Assembly (NCBI GenBank): GCA_902606075.1
Contig: CACLEU010000001.1
Coordinates: forward strand, 16,356-80,355
From: an uncultured Pelagibacteraceae bacterium
Lineage (GTDB): Bacteria > Pseudomonadota > Alphaproteobacteria > Pelagibacterales > Pelagibacteraceae
Direction: 5' to 3'
Length of the DNA: 64,000 nt
Shown here: positions 41,376-51,576 of the stretch, one piece after another
How positions within the stretch are numbered: position 1 is the first letter of the stretch
Layout of the letters: each line of letters begins with the position of its first letter
Program-made: the position numbers and the translations under genes
The notes under the pieces: generated by a model
What the model was told of the DNA's origin: nothing
Database searches by the model: none
Seen by the model: the letters and a program-made list of their open reading frames with translations, nothing else

Positions 41376-42119
41376 TTAAACTATTTGAATTTCTTTATCT
41401 TTGACAAAATTTAGTATTTCTGATTTACAAAATTCAATTTTATTTTTATCAGTAGACCTAAGTACTATTGCTACACCAAGTTTACCTGCTTTAAAAAAAG
41501 GATAACTACCGATTTCAACATCTTTATTTTGGTTTTGAACCTCTGTTAGAGAATCTGCTATTTCACTTTCGACAGTCCTTAAACTAATTGTTTCACTTAA
41601 GATGGGATCTCCACCTGTAATTTTATTTGCTAGACCACCAATCATTGATTGCATAATTGATGGAACACCTGGCAGACAAAAAACATTTTCAACATTAAAT
41701 CCTGGAGAACCACTTGATGGATTATATATTAAATTTGCTGTGGTAGGCATTTTAGCCATTTTCTGCCGTCCATCACTAAACTCACCTGGTTTATAATATT
41801 TCTCTAAAATTGAATATGCTTCTTTGTGAAAACCATATTCTATATTAAAAGCTTTTGAAATTGACTCTGCAGTTATGTCATCATGGGTTGGCCCAATTCC
41901 ACCAGTAGTAAATACGTAATCATATATTTTACGATATTGATTTACAGTATCTATAATTATTTCCTCGTCATCTGGTATAATTTTTACTTCTTTAACTTTA
42001 ACCCCAAGTGAATTTAACCATATTGCAAGAGCACTTGTGTTTATATCTTTAGTTCTTCCAGAAAGGACTTCGTTTCCAATAATTATAATTCCAGCAATTA
42101 TTTCTTTCTTATTTGACAT
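41376..42119 (-). CDS. CinA N-terminal/molybdopterin-binding domain protein
   Basis: IIGNEVLSGRTKDIN, TTGGIGPTHDDIT, LPGVP; true start MSNKK at 42119. Confidence 0.88.
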   Translation of the reverse strand: MSNKKEIIAGIIIIGNEVLSGRTKDINTSALAIWLNSLGVKVKEVKIIPDDEEIIIDTVNQYRKIYDYVFTTGGIGPTHDDITAESISKAFNIEYGFHKEAYSILEKYYKPGEFSDGRQKMAKMPTTANLIYNPSSGSPGFNVENVFCLPGVPSIMQSMIGGLANKITGGDPILSETISLRTVESEIADSLTEVQNQNKDVEIGSYPFFKAGKLGVAIVLRSTDKNKIEFCKSEILNFVKDKEIQIV

Positions 42120-42141
42120 ATACAAATATAAATTAAATATA

Positions 42142-42828
42142 ATGAAATTTACCAATACTTTAATTAAAGGCAAATTAATCAAGCGATATAAAAGATTTTT
42201 TACAGATATAAAAGTAAATAATTCAGTTGTTACAGCACATTGTCCTAACACTGGATCCATGAAAGGTCTCTTAGATAAAAATAACACTGTATATTTGTCA
42301 AAAAACGATGATCCAAAAAGAAAGTTAAAATTTACCCTAGAAATTATAGTAGCAAACAAAAGGTTAATTGGAGTGAATACTCACAGAGCAAATAAAATTG
42401 TTGCCGATGGTTTGAATAGAGGATTGATAAATGAGTTTAAATCAATCAAGAATATTAAACCGGAATATAAATTTTCAAGTGATACAAGATTTGATTTTTT
42501 ATGTGATAAAAATATAATTGAGGTAAAAAACGTGACCCTTATTAGAGATCAAAAAATAGCTGAATTTCCTGATGCTATAACGGAGAGAGGGTCCAAACAT
42601 TTAATAAGGTTAATTGAATCTTTAAAAAAAGGCTATAAACCGTTTGTCTTATTTTTAACTCAAATACAAGGTATTAATAACTTTAAAATAGCTAGAGATA
42701 TTGATTTAAATTATTATAAAAATTATTTAATAGCTAAAGAGAAAGGTGTTAAATTTTTAGCCTATAGGTGTTTATTAAATAACAAAGAAATTAAAATTGA
42801 AAAAAATATAAATATTATTGATGAGTAA
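42142..42828 (+). CDS. sfsA: DNA/RNA nuclease SfsA
   Basis: RYKRF, HCPNTGSM, RFDF, EVKNVTL, FPDAITERGSKHL; start MKFTN at 42142. Confidence 0.93.
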   Translation: MKFTNTLIKGKLIKRYKRFFTDIKVNNSVVTAHCPNTGSMKGLLDKNNTVYLSKNDDPKRKLKFTLEIIVANKRLIGVNTHRANKIVADGLNRGLINEFKSIKNIKPEYKFSSDTRFDFLCDKNIIEVKNVTLIRDQKIAEFPDAITERGSKHLIRLIESLKKGYKPFVLFLTQIQGINNFKIARDIDLNYYKNYLIAKEKGVKFLAYRCLLNNKEIKIEKNINIIDE

Positions 42829-43591
42829 TTATTCAGAAAAATTTGAAAAAATGAGAAAAGCTGGGTCGCTTGCATCAAATACTCTAGACATGATTACGAG
42901 TTATATTAAGCCAGGGTTAAGTACTAATAAAATTGACGAATTATGTTATGAATTTATTAAAGATAATGGAGGCTACTCAGCCCCACTTTATTATCGTGGT
43001 TTTAATAAATCTATATGTACATCTTTAAATCATGTTGTTTGTCATGGAATACCAGGAGAAAGAGTTCTTGAGGATGGTGATATTTTAAACATCGATGTTA
43101 CCGCGGTACTACACAATCACTATGGGGATACAAGTAGAATGTTTACTGTAGGAAAAACTTCAATCAAATCTATGAATTTAATAAACGTTACTTATGAATC
43201 ATTAATGAAATCAATTGAAATTTTAAAACCTGGAAAAAAATTAGGTGATATTGGCCATGAAATACAAAATCATGTTGAAAAAGCAGGGTTCAGTGTTGTT
43301 AGAGATTTTTGTGGACATGGAATTGGAAATGTTTTTCACCAGGTTCCGAACGTATTACATTATGGAGAAAAAAATACAGGTACTGAATTACAACCTGGAA
43401 TGACATTTACTATAGAGCCCATGATTAATGCAGGTAAGTATGAAGTAAAAATTCTAAACGATGGTTGGACAGCCGTTACTAAAGATAAGGCATTATCAGC
43501 ACAATTTGAGCATACTGTTGGTATAACAGATAATGGATATGAAATTTTTACAGAATCTGTTAAAAACTTAAAGAGGCCTCCATATAATTAA
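42818..43591 (+). CDS. map: Methionine aminopeptidase type I
   Basis: CTSLNHVVCHGIP, GDTSR, GHGIG, FTIEPMIN, SAQFEHT. Confidence 0.97.
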   Translation: MMSNYSEKFEKMRKAGSLASNTLDMITSYIKPGLSTNKIDELCYEFIKDNGGYSAPLYYRGFNKSICTSLNHVVCHGIPGERVLEDGDILNIDVTAVLHNHYGDTSRMFTVGKTSIKSMNLINVTYESLMKSIEILKPGKKLGDIGHEIQNHVEKAGFSVVRDFCGHGIGNVFHQVPNVLHYGEKNTGTELQPGMTFTIEPMINAGKYEVKILNDGWTAVTKDKALSAQFEHTVGITDNGYEIFTESVKNLKRPPYN

Positions 43592-44883
43592 TGATATCTA
43601 GATATTCCAGAAAAGAACTCACAAACATTTGGTCTGAAGAAAATAAGTATAAAATTTGGTTAGACGTAGAAATAGCTGCAGCACAAGCTATGGAGAAACT
43701 TGGTCAAATTCCTAAAGGTGTGTCTTCAATTGTAAGAAAAAAAGCAAAAATAAATGTAAAAAGAATTCACCAAATAGAAAGTCAAGTTAAACATGATGTT
43801 ATTGCTTTTTTAACATCTGTTACTGAAAAGGCAGGTATAAAAGCAAGATATCTCCATCAAGGTATGACATCGTCTGATGTTTTAGACACTAGTTTTAATA
43901 TACAATTAGTTCAATCAGGAAAAATAATCCTTAAAGACTTAGATCAAATTTTAAAAGTTTTGAAGAAACAAGCTAAGAAATACAAATTCACGCCTTGTAT
44001 GGGTAGAAGTCATGGTATTCATGCAGAGCCAATTACATTTGGTTTAAAGTTAGCATCTTATTATGCAGAATTTAAAAGAAATAAAAAAAGGTTAGAAATT
44101 GCAATAGATGAGGTTTCTACATGTGCAATATCAGGTGCTGTTGGTACTTTTGCAAATATTAATCCAAATGTTGAAAAAGATGTTGCAAAAAAATTGAGTT
44201 TAAAGGTTGAACCAATTTCAACGCAAGTAATTCCACGAGACAGACATGCATTTTATTTTTCAGTTCTAGGCATAATAGCAGGATCTATCGAGAGAGTGGC
44301 TACAGAAATAAGACATTTACAAAGAACTGAAGTTTATGAGTTACAAGAATATTTTTCAAAGAAACAAAAAGGTTCATCTGCTATGCCTCACAAAAAAAAT
44401 CCAATTCTTAGTGAGAATTTAACTGGTCTAGCAAGAATGGTTAGAAGCTCTGTTGTGCCTGCGCTTGAAAATATAGCCTTGTGGCATGAAAGAGACATTT
44501 CACACTCAAGTGTTGAAAGAAATATTGGACCAGATGCAAATATAACATTAGACTTTGCTTTAGTTAGACTTGCAAATATTTTAGACAATATGATTGTATA
44601 TCCAAAAAGAATGCTGCAAAATTTGAATATCACTAAGGGCTTAATCTTTTCACAAGAACTTATGTTAGAGCTTACTAAAACCGGTTTATCAAGAGAAAAG
44701 TCCTACAGAATGGTCCAAAATTATGCAAAAAAATGCTTTGATGAAAATTTAGATCTATTTAATGTTATTCAGTCTGACAAATATATAATAAGTAAAATTC
44801 CATCTAAAAAACTTAAAATTATTTTTAGTTACTCTAAACATTTTAGAAATATAAATTTAATTTATAGAAGAGTATTCAATTAA
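43591..44883 (+). CDS. purB: Adenylosuccinate lyase
   Basis: KHDV, GSSAMPHKKNP. Confidence 0.97.
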   Translation: MISRYSRKELTNIWSEENKYKIWLDVEIAAAQAMEKLGQIPKGVSSIVRKKAKINVKRIHQIESQVKHDVIAFLTSVTEKAGIKARYLHQGMTSSDVLDTSFNIQLVQSGKIILKDLDQILKVLKKQAKKYKFTPCMGRSHGIHAEPITFGLKLASYYAEFKRNKKRLEIAIDEVSTCAISGAVGTFANINPNVEKDVAKKLSLKVEPISTQVIPRDRHAFYFSVLGIIAGSIERVATEIRHLQRTEVYELQEYFSKKQKGSSAMPHKKNPILSENLTGLARMVRSSVVPALENIALWHERDISHSSVERNIGPDANITLDFALVRLANILDNMIVYPKRMLQNLNITKGLIFSQELMLELTKTGLSREKSYRMVQNYAKKCFDENLDLFNVIQSDKYIISKIPSKKLKIIFSYSKHFRNINLIYRRVFN

Positions 44884-45671
44884 TGAAAAAGGGGAAAAAA
44901 TTATACGAAGGAAAAGCTAAAATAATTTATTCAACATCAGATAAAAATTACGTAATTCAATATTTTAAAGATGATGCTACAGCTTTCAATAATCAAAAGA
45001 GATCTATTATTGATGGTAAAGGTGTATTAAACAACAGAATATCAGAGCATATACTAAAAAATTTATCTCAAATAGGTATAAAAAATCATTTAGTAAAAAG
45101 ATTAAACATGAGGGAACAATTAATAAAGTTTGTGGATATTCTGCCAATTGAATTTATTGTAAGAAATATCGCAACAGGTTCTCTGACTAAAAGGCTTGGT
45201 ATAGTTGAGGGAACGGTTTTAGACGACCCATTAATTGAATATTGTTTGAAAAATGATGATTTAGGAGACCCTTTAATTTCAAGAGAACATATTTATGCTT
45301 TTAATTGGGCAAAAAAAAATGAAATTGAAAAAATAAATATACAACTTCTTAGAATTAATGATTTTTTAATAGGTTTATTTAGGGGAGTTGGAATAAAACT
45401 TGTAGATTTTAAAGTTGAATTTGGAAAAGTAAGAAACTCAAGTAGAAATGAAATTATTCTAGCAGATGAAATAAGTCCAGATACTTGTAGATTGTGGGAT
45501 GCCAAAAGTGAAAAAAAACTTGATAAGGATAGATTTAGAAAAGATCTTGGAAATTTAATTCAAGCTTACAAAGAAGTCGCATCTAGACTTGGGATTTTAT
45601 ATGAAGAATCTAATATAAGAGAAGTTAACTTCAAAAAACCAAAAGCTGTTAAATTAAAAAAAAATAGATGA
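44883..45671 (+). CDS. purC: SAICAR synthetase
   Basis: LYEGKAK, LVDFKVEFG, LADEISPDTCRLWD. Confidence 0.97.
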   Translation: MKKGKKLYEGKAKIIYSTSDKNYVIQYFKDDATAFNNQKRSIIDGKGVLNNRISEHILKNLSQIGIKNHLVKRLNMREQLIKFVDILPIEFIVRNIATGSLTKRLGIVEGTVLDDPLIEYCLKNDDLGDPLISREHIYAFNWAKKNEIEKINIQLLRINDFLIGLFRGVGIKLVDFKVEFGKVRNSSRNEIILADEISPDTCRLWDAKSEKKLDKDRFRKDLGNLIQAYKEVASRLGILYEESNIREVNFKKPKAVKLKKNR

Positions 45672-45901
45672 AAATAAAAGTTATTGTTACACCAAAAAAA
45701 GGTGTTCTAGATCCACAGGGAAAAGCCATACAGCAAACTTTAAATAGCATGAATTTCATTGATGTAGATGAAGTAAGACAAGGTAAATATTTTGAAATTG
45801 AAACAAACGTAAAAGATGAAAATGATGCTAAGAAAAATGTTGAGGATATGTGTAAAAAACTTTTAGCAAACTTAGTGATAGAGGATTACAAAATCCTTTA
45901 A
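45668..45901 (+). CDS. purS: FGAM synthase subunit PurS
   Basis: VLDPQG, VRQGK, LLANLVIEDY. Confidence 0.96.
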   Translation: MKIKVIVTPKKGVLDPQGKAIQQTLNSMNFIDVDEVRQGKYFEIETNVKDENDAKKNVEDMCKKLLANLVIEDYKIL

Positions 45902-45902
45902 A

Positions 45903-46586
45903 ATGAAATCATCAGTAATCATATTCCCAGGATCTAATTGTGATAGAGATATGGATGTAGCTTTAAATAAATTTGGTTTCAAGAATAAAATGGTATGGCA
46001 CAATGATAATACAATACCAAAATCAGATCTAGTTGTGTTACCAGGTGGCTTTTCATATGGCGACTATTTGAGATGCGGAAGTATTGCAGCAAAATCAAAT
46101 ATAATTAATTCTGTGATAGAATTTGCTAATAAAGGTGGCTTGGTTATTGGTATTTGTAATGGTTTTCAAATTCTAATAGAGACAGGGCTTGTAACAGGAG
46201 CTTTATTAAGAAACAAATACTTAAAATTTATTTGCAAGAATATATTTGTTAAAGCAAACAAATCACATAATAAATATTTTAATAAAATAAAAAAAGACAT
46301 TTTAGAACTACATATAGCACATAATGATGGTAATTATTTTTGCTCTGAAGATGATTTAAAAACAATGGAAGATAATGATCAAATCGCAGTTAGATACTGT
46401 GATATCAATGGTGAAATATCAGTTAATTCTAACCCAAATGGATCAATACAAAATATTGCTGGTGTTTTTAATAAAAAGAAAAATATTTTAGGTATGATGC
46501 CTCACCCTGAACGTGTGATTGACAATTGTTTATCAAGTAATGATGGATCATTTTTTTTTGAAAATCTTTTAAGTAACATGAAATGA
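45903..46586 (+). CDS. purQ: FGAM synthase subunit PurQ
   Basis: [32 protein letters not shown]. Confidence 0.97.
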   Translation: MKSSVIIFPGSNCDRDMDVALNKFGFKNKMVWHNDNTIPKSDLVVLPGGFSYGDYLRCGSIAAKSNIINSVIEFANKGGLVIGICNGFQILIETGLVTGALLRNKYLKFICKNIFVKANKSHNKYFNKIKKDILELHIAHNDGNYFCSEDDLKTMEDNDQIAVRYCDINGEISVNSNPNGSIQNIAGVFNKKKNILGMMPHPERVIDNCLSSNDGSFFFENLLSNMK

Positions 46587-48778
46587 TTGAAGTTACTGAA
46601 AAAATTGCAATAGAACATGGTTTGAAAAAAGATGAGTACAAAAAAATTTGTGATCTTCTAAAAAGAAATCCTAACATGACAGAACTAGGTATTTTTTCAG
46701 CAATGTGGAACGAACATTGTTCATACAAATCTTCAAAGAAACATTTAAAAAAGCTTAATACAAAAGGGAAAAGAGTCATCCAAGGTCCAGGTGAAAATGC
46801 GGGTATAATAGATATTGATGATGAGGATGCGATCGTTTTCAAAATTGAAAGTCATAACCACCCTTCATTTATTGAACCTTATCAAGGTGCAGCAACAGGT
46901 GTTGGCGGTATTCTTAGAGATGTTTTTACAATGGGTGCAAGACCAATAGCTAATCTAAATTCTATACATTTTGGATCCCCGGCTAATAAAAAAACAAAAA
47001 GTCTTTTAAGAGGAGTGGTTCAAGGTATTGGTGGATACGGAAATTGTATTGGTGTACCAACAATTGCAGGTCAAACAAGTTTTGATGAATCATATAACGG
47101 TAATATTCTTGTTAATGCGATGACACTCGGTCTAGTAAAAAAAGATAAAATTTTTTATTCAAAAGCAGCAGGGCTAAATAAACCAGTTATCTATGTTGGT
47201 TCAAAAACTGGTAGAGACGGAATTCATGGTGCAAGTATGGCTTCTGCAAAATTTGATGATAAAATTGAGGAAAAAAAACCAACTGTTCAAGTGGGTGATC
47301 CTTTCACAGAAAAATTACTGCTAGAGGCATGTCTTGAATTAATGAAAGACGACTCTATTATTGCAATCCAAGATATGGGAGCTGCGGGCTTAACATCATC
47401 GAGTGTTGAAATGGCTTCTAAAGGAAAACTTGGTATCGAATTACATCTAGATAAGGTTCCATGTCGTGAGGAAAATATGTCTCCATACGAAATTATGTTA
47501 TCAGAAAGTCAAGAGAGAATGCTTATAGTTCTTGAAATTGGCAAAGAAGATAAGGCAAAAAAAATTTTTGATAAATGGAATTTAGATTTTTCTGTGATTG
47601 GTAGAACGACTGATTCAAAAAATATTGAGTTATATTTTGATAACAACAAAGTTGCAAATATTCCAATTGATTTATTGGCAGAACATGCTCCAGAATATGA
47701 TAGAAAATGGAAAAAAAGTAAGTTACCTCAAAGGATAAGATTTAAGAAAAAAGATTTTAATAAATTAAAAATTACAGAGGTGTTAAAAAAAATTTTATCC
47801 AGTCCAAATGTATGTTCGAAAGAATGGATATGGGAACAATATGATCATACTGTGATGGGTGATACTATTCAAAAACCAGGTGGTGACGCTGGAGTAATAA
47901 GAGTTCATGGAAGTGAAAAAGCTGTTGCAGCATCAGTGGACTCTTCAGCATCCTATTGTTATGCACACCCGTTAAGTGGTGGGAAACAAATAGTATGTGA
48001 GGCATGGAGAAATTTAATCTGTGTAGGTGCTGAACCGATAGCGATAACTAATTGTTTGAATTTTGGAAATCCCGAAAAACCTGAGAATATGGGTGAATTT
48101 GTTGAATGTGTGGAAGGTTTAAATGAAGCAAGTAAGTATTTAAATTTTCCTGTCGTTTCTGGAAATGTTTCTTTTTACAATGAAACAAAAGATAAAGGTA
48201 TCAAACCTACCCCTACTATTGGTGGAGTAGGATTAATTAAAAAATATGAAAATATGATAACAATGGACTTAAAAGAAATTGGAAATATAATTATTATTTT
48301 AGGTAAAACAGAGGGTCATTTAGAACAAAGTATTTTTGCAAAAGAAATCTTGAATGAAAAAAAAGGACCTCCTCCTGAAATAAATCTTTTTAACGAAAAG
48401 AATAACGGTGAAACAGTATTAAAGCTGATTAATGATAAATTAATACAATCAGTTCATGACGTTTCTTTAGGTGGAATAATAACAGGAATTGCGAAAATGT
48501 GCATTAAAGGAAGAAAGGGTATAAAATTATATAAATTTAAGGGGTTATTAGATAAGTTTGAGTATTACTTTTCTGAGGATCAGGGTAGATACATTATTGA
48601 AGTTAAAAAAGATAATTTTGAAAAAATCAAAAAAATACTTGATAAAAATTCAAATCATTATGATTTAATAGGTGAGGTAATAGAAGATAATATTTCAATT
48701 AATGATGAGCCAACTTTATCAGTGGACAAATTGACAGAATTCAATAAAGATTGGTTAAATAAATACATGGTAAATTAA
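46583..48778 (+). CDS. purL: FGAM synthase subunit PurL
   Basis: [28 protein letters not shown]. Confidence 0.97.
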   Translation: MIEVTEKIAIEHGLKKDEYKKICDLLKRNPNMTELGIFSAMWNEHCSYKSSKKHLKKLNTKGKRVIQGPGENAGIIDIDDEDAIVFKIESHNHPSFIEPYQGAATGVGGILRDVFTMGARPIANLNSIHFGSPANKKTKSLLRGVVQGIGGYGNCIGVPTIAGQTSFDESYNGNILVNAMTLGLVKKDKIFYSKAAGLNKPVIYVGSKTGRDGIHGASMASAKFDDKIEEKKPTVQVGDPFTEKLLLEACLELMKDDSIIAIQDMGAAGLTSSSVEMASKGKLGIELHLDKVPCREENMSPYEIMLSESQERMLIVLEIGKEDKAKKIFDKWNLDFSVIGRTTDSKNIELYFDNNKVANIPIDLLAEHAPEYDRKWKKSKLPQRIRFKKKDFNKLKITEVLKKILSSPNVCSKEWIWEQYDHTVMGDTIQKPGGDAGVIRVHGSEKAVAASVDSSASYCYAHPLSGGKQIVCEAWRNLICVGAEPIAITNCLNFGNPEKPENMGEFVECVEGLNEASKYLNFPVVSGNVSFYNETKDKGIKPTPTIGGVGLIKKYENMITMDLKEIGNIIIILGKTEGHLEQSIFAKEILNEKKGPPPEINLFNEKNNGETVLKLINDKLIQSVHDVSLGGIITGIAKMCIKGRKGIKLYKFKGLLDKFEYYFSEDQGRYIIEVKKDNFEKIKKILDKNSNHYDLIGEVIEDNISINDEPTLSVDKLTEFNKDWLNKYMVN

Positions 48779-49023
48779 TGGCAATGAATTTAAAAGAAAT
48801 TGAGAATATGATTAAAGAAGCATTACCTGATGCTATAGTTGATATTCAAGATTTAGCTGGAGATGGAAATCATTATTCCGCAACTGTTACCTCTTCGGCA
48901 TTTAATGGAAAAAGTAAAATTGAGCAGCACAAAATAATATATAATTCCTTAAAAGGTAAGATGGGAAATGAATTACATGCTCTAGCACTAAAAACAAAGG
49001 AAAAAAATGGATCCACAAACTAA
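48778..49023 (+). CDS. BolA/IbaG family protein
   Basis: GDGNHY, F.GKSKIEQH, ELHAL. Confidence 0.92.
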   Translation: MAMNLKEIENMIKEALPDAIVDIQDLAGDGNHYSATVTSSAFNGKSKIEQHKIIYNSLKGKMGNELHALALKTKEKNGSTN

Positions 49024-49339
49024 AGAGTTAATTGAAAGTAGTATAAATACTAATGAAGTCTGCTTGTTCATGAAAGGTACACCAGAAGCACCTGAATGCG
49101 GCTTCTCAATGGCTGTTGCAAATATGTTAAAAATTTTAGAAGTTAATTTTAAAAGTGTAAATGTTTTGAGCGATCAAAATATTAGGGAAGGTATTAAAAA
49201 ATATAGTGAATGGCCAACAGTTCCACAGTTATATGTTAAAAAAGAATTTGTTGGAGGATGTGATATCATTAAAGAAATGTTTGAAAACGGAGAGTTAAAA
49301 AAACTTTTAGAAGATAAGCAAATCAATTACAAAAAATAA
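49007..49339 (+). CDS. grxD: Monothiol glutaredoxin
   Basis: FMKG, CGFS, WPTVPQL, GGCD. Confidence 0.96.
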   Translation: MDPQTKELIESSINTNEVCLFMKGTPEAPECGFSMAVANMLKILEVNFKSVNVLSDQNIREGIKKYSEWPTVPQLYVKKEFVGGCDIIKEMFENGELKKLLEDKQINYKK

Positions 49340-49341
49340 TT

Positions 49342-49959
49342 TTATCTAGAGTAATATTCAATAACTAAGTTAGGTTCCATTACTACAGGATAAGGGACTT
49401 CTTCAAATTTTGGTGTTCTTACAAATTTGATTTTCCTGTTTTTTTCATCGACTTGTAGATATTCGGGTGTTTCTCTTTCTTTACTTGCTAAAGCTATATC
49501 GATTATCGCTAATTGTTTAGATTTATCTCTAATTTCTACTGTATCTTCATCTCTTAACTGAAAACTTGATATATTTACTTTCTTCCCATTAACGCTTACG
49601 TGTCCGTGGTTAATAAATTGTCTCGATGAAAAAATAGTTGTTGAAAATTTTGCTCTATAGACAACGGAGTCTAATCTTCTCTCTAATAGACCTATTAAGT
49701 TTTCAGCTGTATCACCCTTTTTCATAATAGCTTTTCTATACATGTTTCTAAATTGTCTCTCGTTTAGATTGCCATAATATGATTTTAGTTTTTGTTTTGC
49801 TTGAAGTTGAATGCCGTAATCTGATGGTTTTGAACTTCTTGATTGACCGTGTTGTCCTGGAGGGTATGCTCTTTTGTTAAATGGACTTTTGGGTCTACCC
49901 CAAAGGTTAACTTTTAGTCTTCTATCGACTTTATGTTTAGATTTTAATCTTTTTGTCAT
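49342..49959 (-). CDS. rpsD: 30S ribosomal protein S4
   Basis: PPGQHG, SDYG, LERRLD, VIEYYSR. Confidence 0.98.
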   Translation of the reverse strand: MTKRLKSKHKVDRRLKVNLWGRPKSPFNKRAYPPGQHGQSRSSKPSDYGIQLQAKQKLKSYYGNLNERQFRNMYRKAIMKKGDTAENLIGLLERRLDSVVYRAKFSTTIFSSRQFINHGHVSVNGKKVNISSFQLRDEDTVEIRDKSKQLAIIDIALASKERETPEYLQVDEKNRKIKFVRTPKFEEVPYPVVMEPNLVIEYYSR

Positions 49960-49995
49960 TAATTATTGCGTCTTATAAAGATACTTAAAATTTTG

Positions 49996-50712
49996 TCAAT
50001 CAGCGTTTTTTCCTAAACTTGCAAATACACTTGATAAAATACGTGTTTCTTTATCAGATAAATCCATCTTATAAAAAATATTTCTTAAATTTTCAATCAT
50101 TATAGGTTTTTTTTCTTTTTGTTTAAAAAAATTTATTTGATCAAGATGTTTGAGACAAAGATTTGTCATTGATCGTATTTCTTTTTTTGATGCTGATCTA
50201 AACTTTTTTGATTTACCAATTTTTAATTTCTCTTGAAATATAAAATTTGAAATATATTGAGCAATTATAATTAGACTATGAGACAAATTTAATGACTTAA
50301 AATTTTTATCAGTTGAAATATTTAAAGTATAGTTTGTATAACTTATTTCGTTATTTGACAGTCCAGATGCCTCTGAACCAAATAAAAAACCAATTTTTTT
50401 ATTATAATTTATTTTTTTTAAATCTTTTAGTTCAATATGTTTAATATTTTTATTTCTAATCCTTGCAGATGTTGCAATTAAAATATCAATTTTATCGATC
50501 ATTCTTTCAAGGTTACTATAAACTTTACTTTTTTTAATAATGTCTTTAGCTCCAACAGAAGTAGCTATTATCTTGTCATTTGGAAATAGAGGTTTAGGGT
50601 TTATTATAGCAAGTTTATTAAATCCAAAATTTTTCATTCCTCTAGCGCATGCACCAATATTTTCTGAAAGCTGTGGTTTGTGTAAAATAAATATAACATT
50701 ATTTTTAGCCAT
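49996..50712 (-). CDS. tRNA/rRNA methyltransferase, TrmJ/LasT family
   Basis: PQLSENIGACARGMKNFG, ATSAR, FGSEASGL, SLNLS. Confidence 0.88.
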   Translation of the reverse strand: MAKNNVIFILHKPQLSENIGACARGMKNFGFNKLAIINPKPLFPNDKIIATSVGAKDIIKKSKVYSNLERMIDKIDILIATSARIRNKNIKHIELKDLKKINYNKKIGFLFGSEASGLSNNEISYTNYTLNISTDKNFKSLNLSHSLIIIAQYISNFIFQEKLKIGKSKKFRSASKKEIRSMTNLCLKHLDQINFFKQKEKKPIMIENLRNIFYKMDLSDKETRILSSVFASLGKNAD

Positions 50713-50715
50713 AAA

Positions 50716-51576
50716 TTATTTAATACCGTGATTTCTATTATAATTAGAAATTTTTGAAGAACTTATTCCCTTTAAATATTTTTGATCAACGTCCCAAATA
50801 GAAACTTTTAGAGGATAACATTTTGCAGTATCAGATGAATGCTCTGATCCACAGTCTCCGCCGGGGCATGCAGATAGTGCGCCTAATAAATTTGTTTCTG
50901 CAAAAAACTCTAGATAATCACCAGGTCTTACTGGGCTTGATTTCATAAAATATTGCTTTGTGTCATTCGTAAAACCAGTAAGCATAAAAACATTTAATAC
51001 ATCGTGAACGATTTTCTCTGCATCATCTAAATTAATATTTTTTTCTTTAACCAATGCTCTAGTTAAATTCGAATGACAACAATAATGGTAGTCTTTATCT
51101 GAAATTAATTTAGATGTATAAGGATCACATCTTGTTCCTATAATATCATGTACAGATCCTCCGTCTTTATCATATCCGTACCAGTCTAAAGTATCCCAAG
51201 TAATTGTTGCTAAAGATCTAAGATAAGGAAAGCTGCTAAACATTTTATCACCAACTGAAATATGTGTCCCATACAATGCTCTAGTCTTTCCAGAATAAAA
51301 TTTTTCATCTAAGTTTTGAGAATTAAATAGATTAAGATCGCCTACTTGTGGACCATCAACACTTTCAATCCTAAAAAAACTACCTGATTTAACATTAAAT
51401 GTTTTAGCGTCTCTTGGGGGGATAATAACTTCATCAATTTGTTTAATATGATTTCTAGCTTCATGTAATAAAGATAAATTATCGTTAAGATTATTGTTAG
51501 GGTAACAAATGACCGGTTTTGTTCCTACTCGGCTATTAATATCAATAGGCTTTTCAGAGAATTTTTTGATTTTCAT
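50716..51576 (-). CDS. DUF1989 / urea carboxylase-associated family protein
   Basis: GPQVGDLN, HDIIGTRCDPY, CCHSNL, HDVLNVFM, SACPGGD. Confidence 0.8.
   Translation of the reverse strand: MKIKKFSEKPIDINSRVGTKPVICYPNNNLNDNLSLLHEARNHIKQIDEVIIPPRDAKTFNVKSGSFFRIESVDGPQVGDLNLFNSQNLDEKFYSGKTRALYGTHISVGDKMFSSFPYLRSLATITWDTLDWYGYDKDGGSVHDIIGTRCDPYTSKLISDKDYHYCCHSNLTRALVKEKNINLDDAEKIVHDVLNVFMLTGFTNDTKQYFMKSSPVRPGDYLEFFAETNLLGALSACPGGDCGSEHSSDTAKCYPLKVSIWDVDQKYLKGISSSKISNYNRNHGIK

Noticed and set aside
42037-42359. Long overlapping versions of the cinA-like (to 42359) and sfsA (from 42037) ORFs
   Set aside because: Recognisable domains begin at 42119 and 42142
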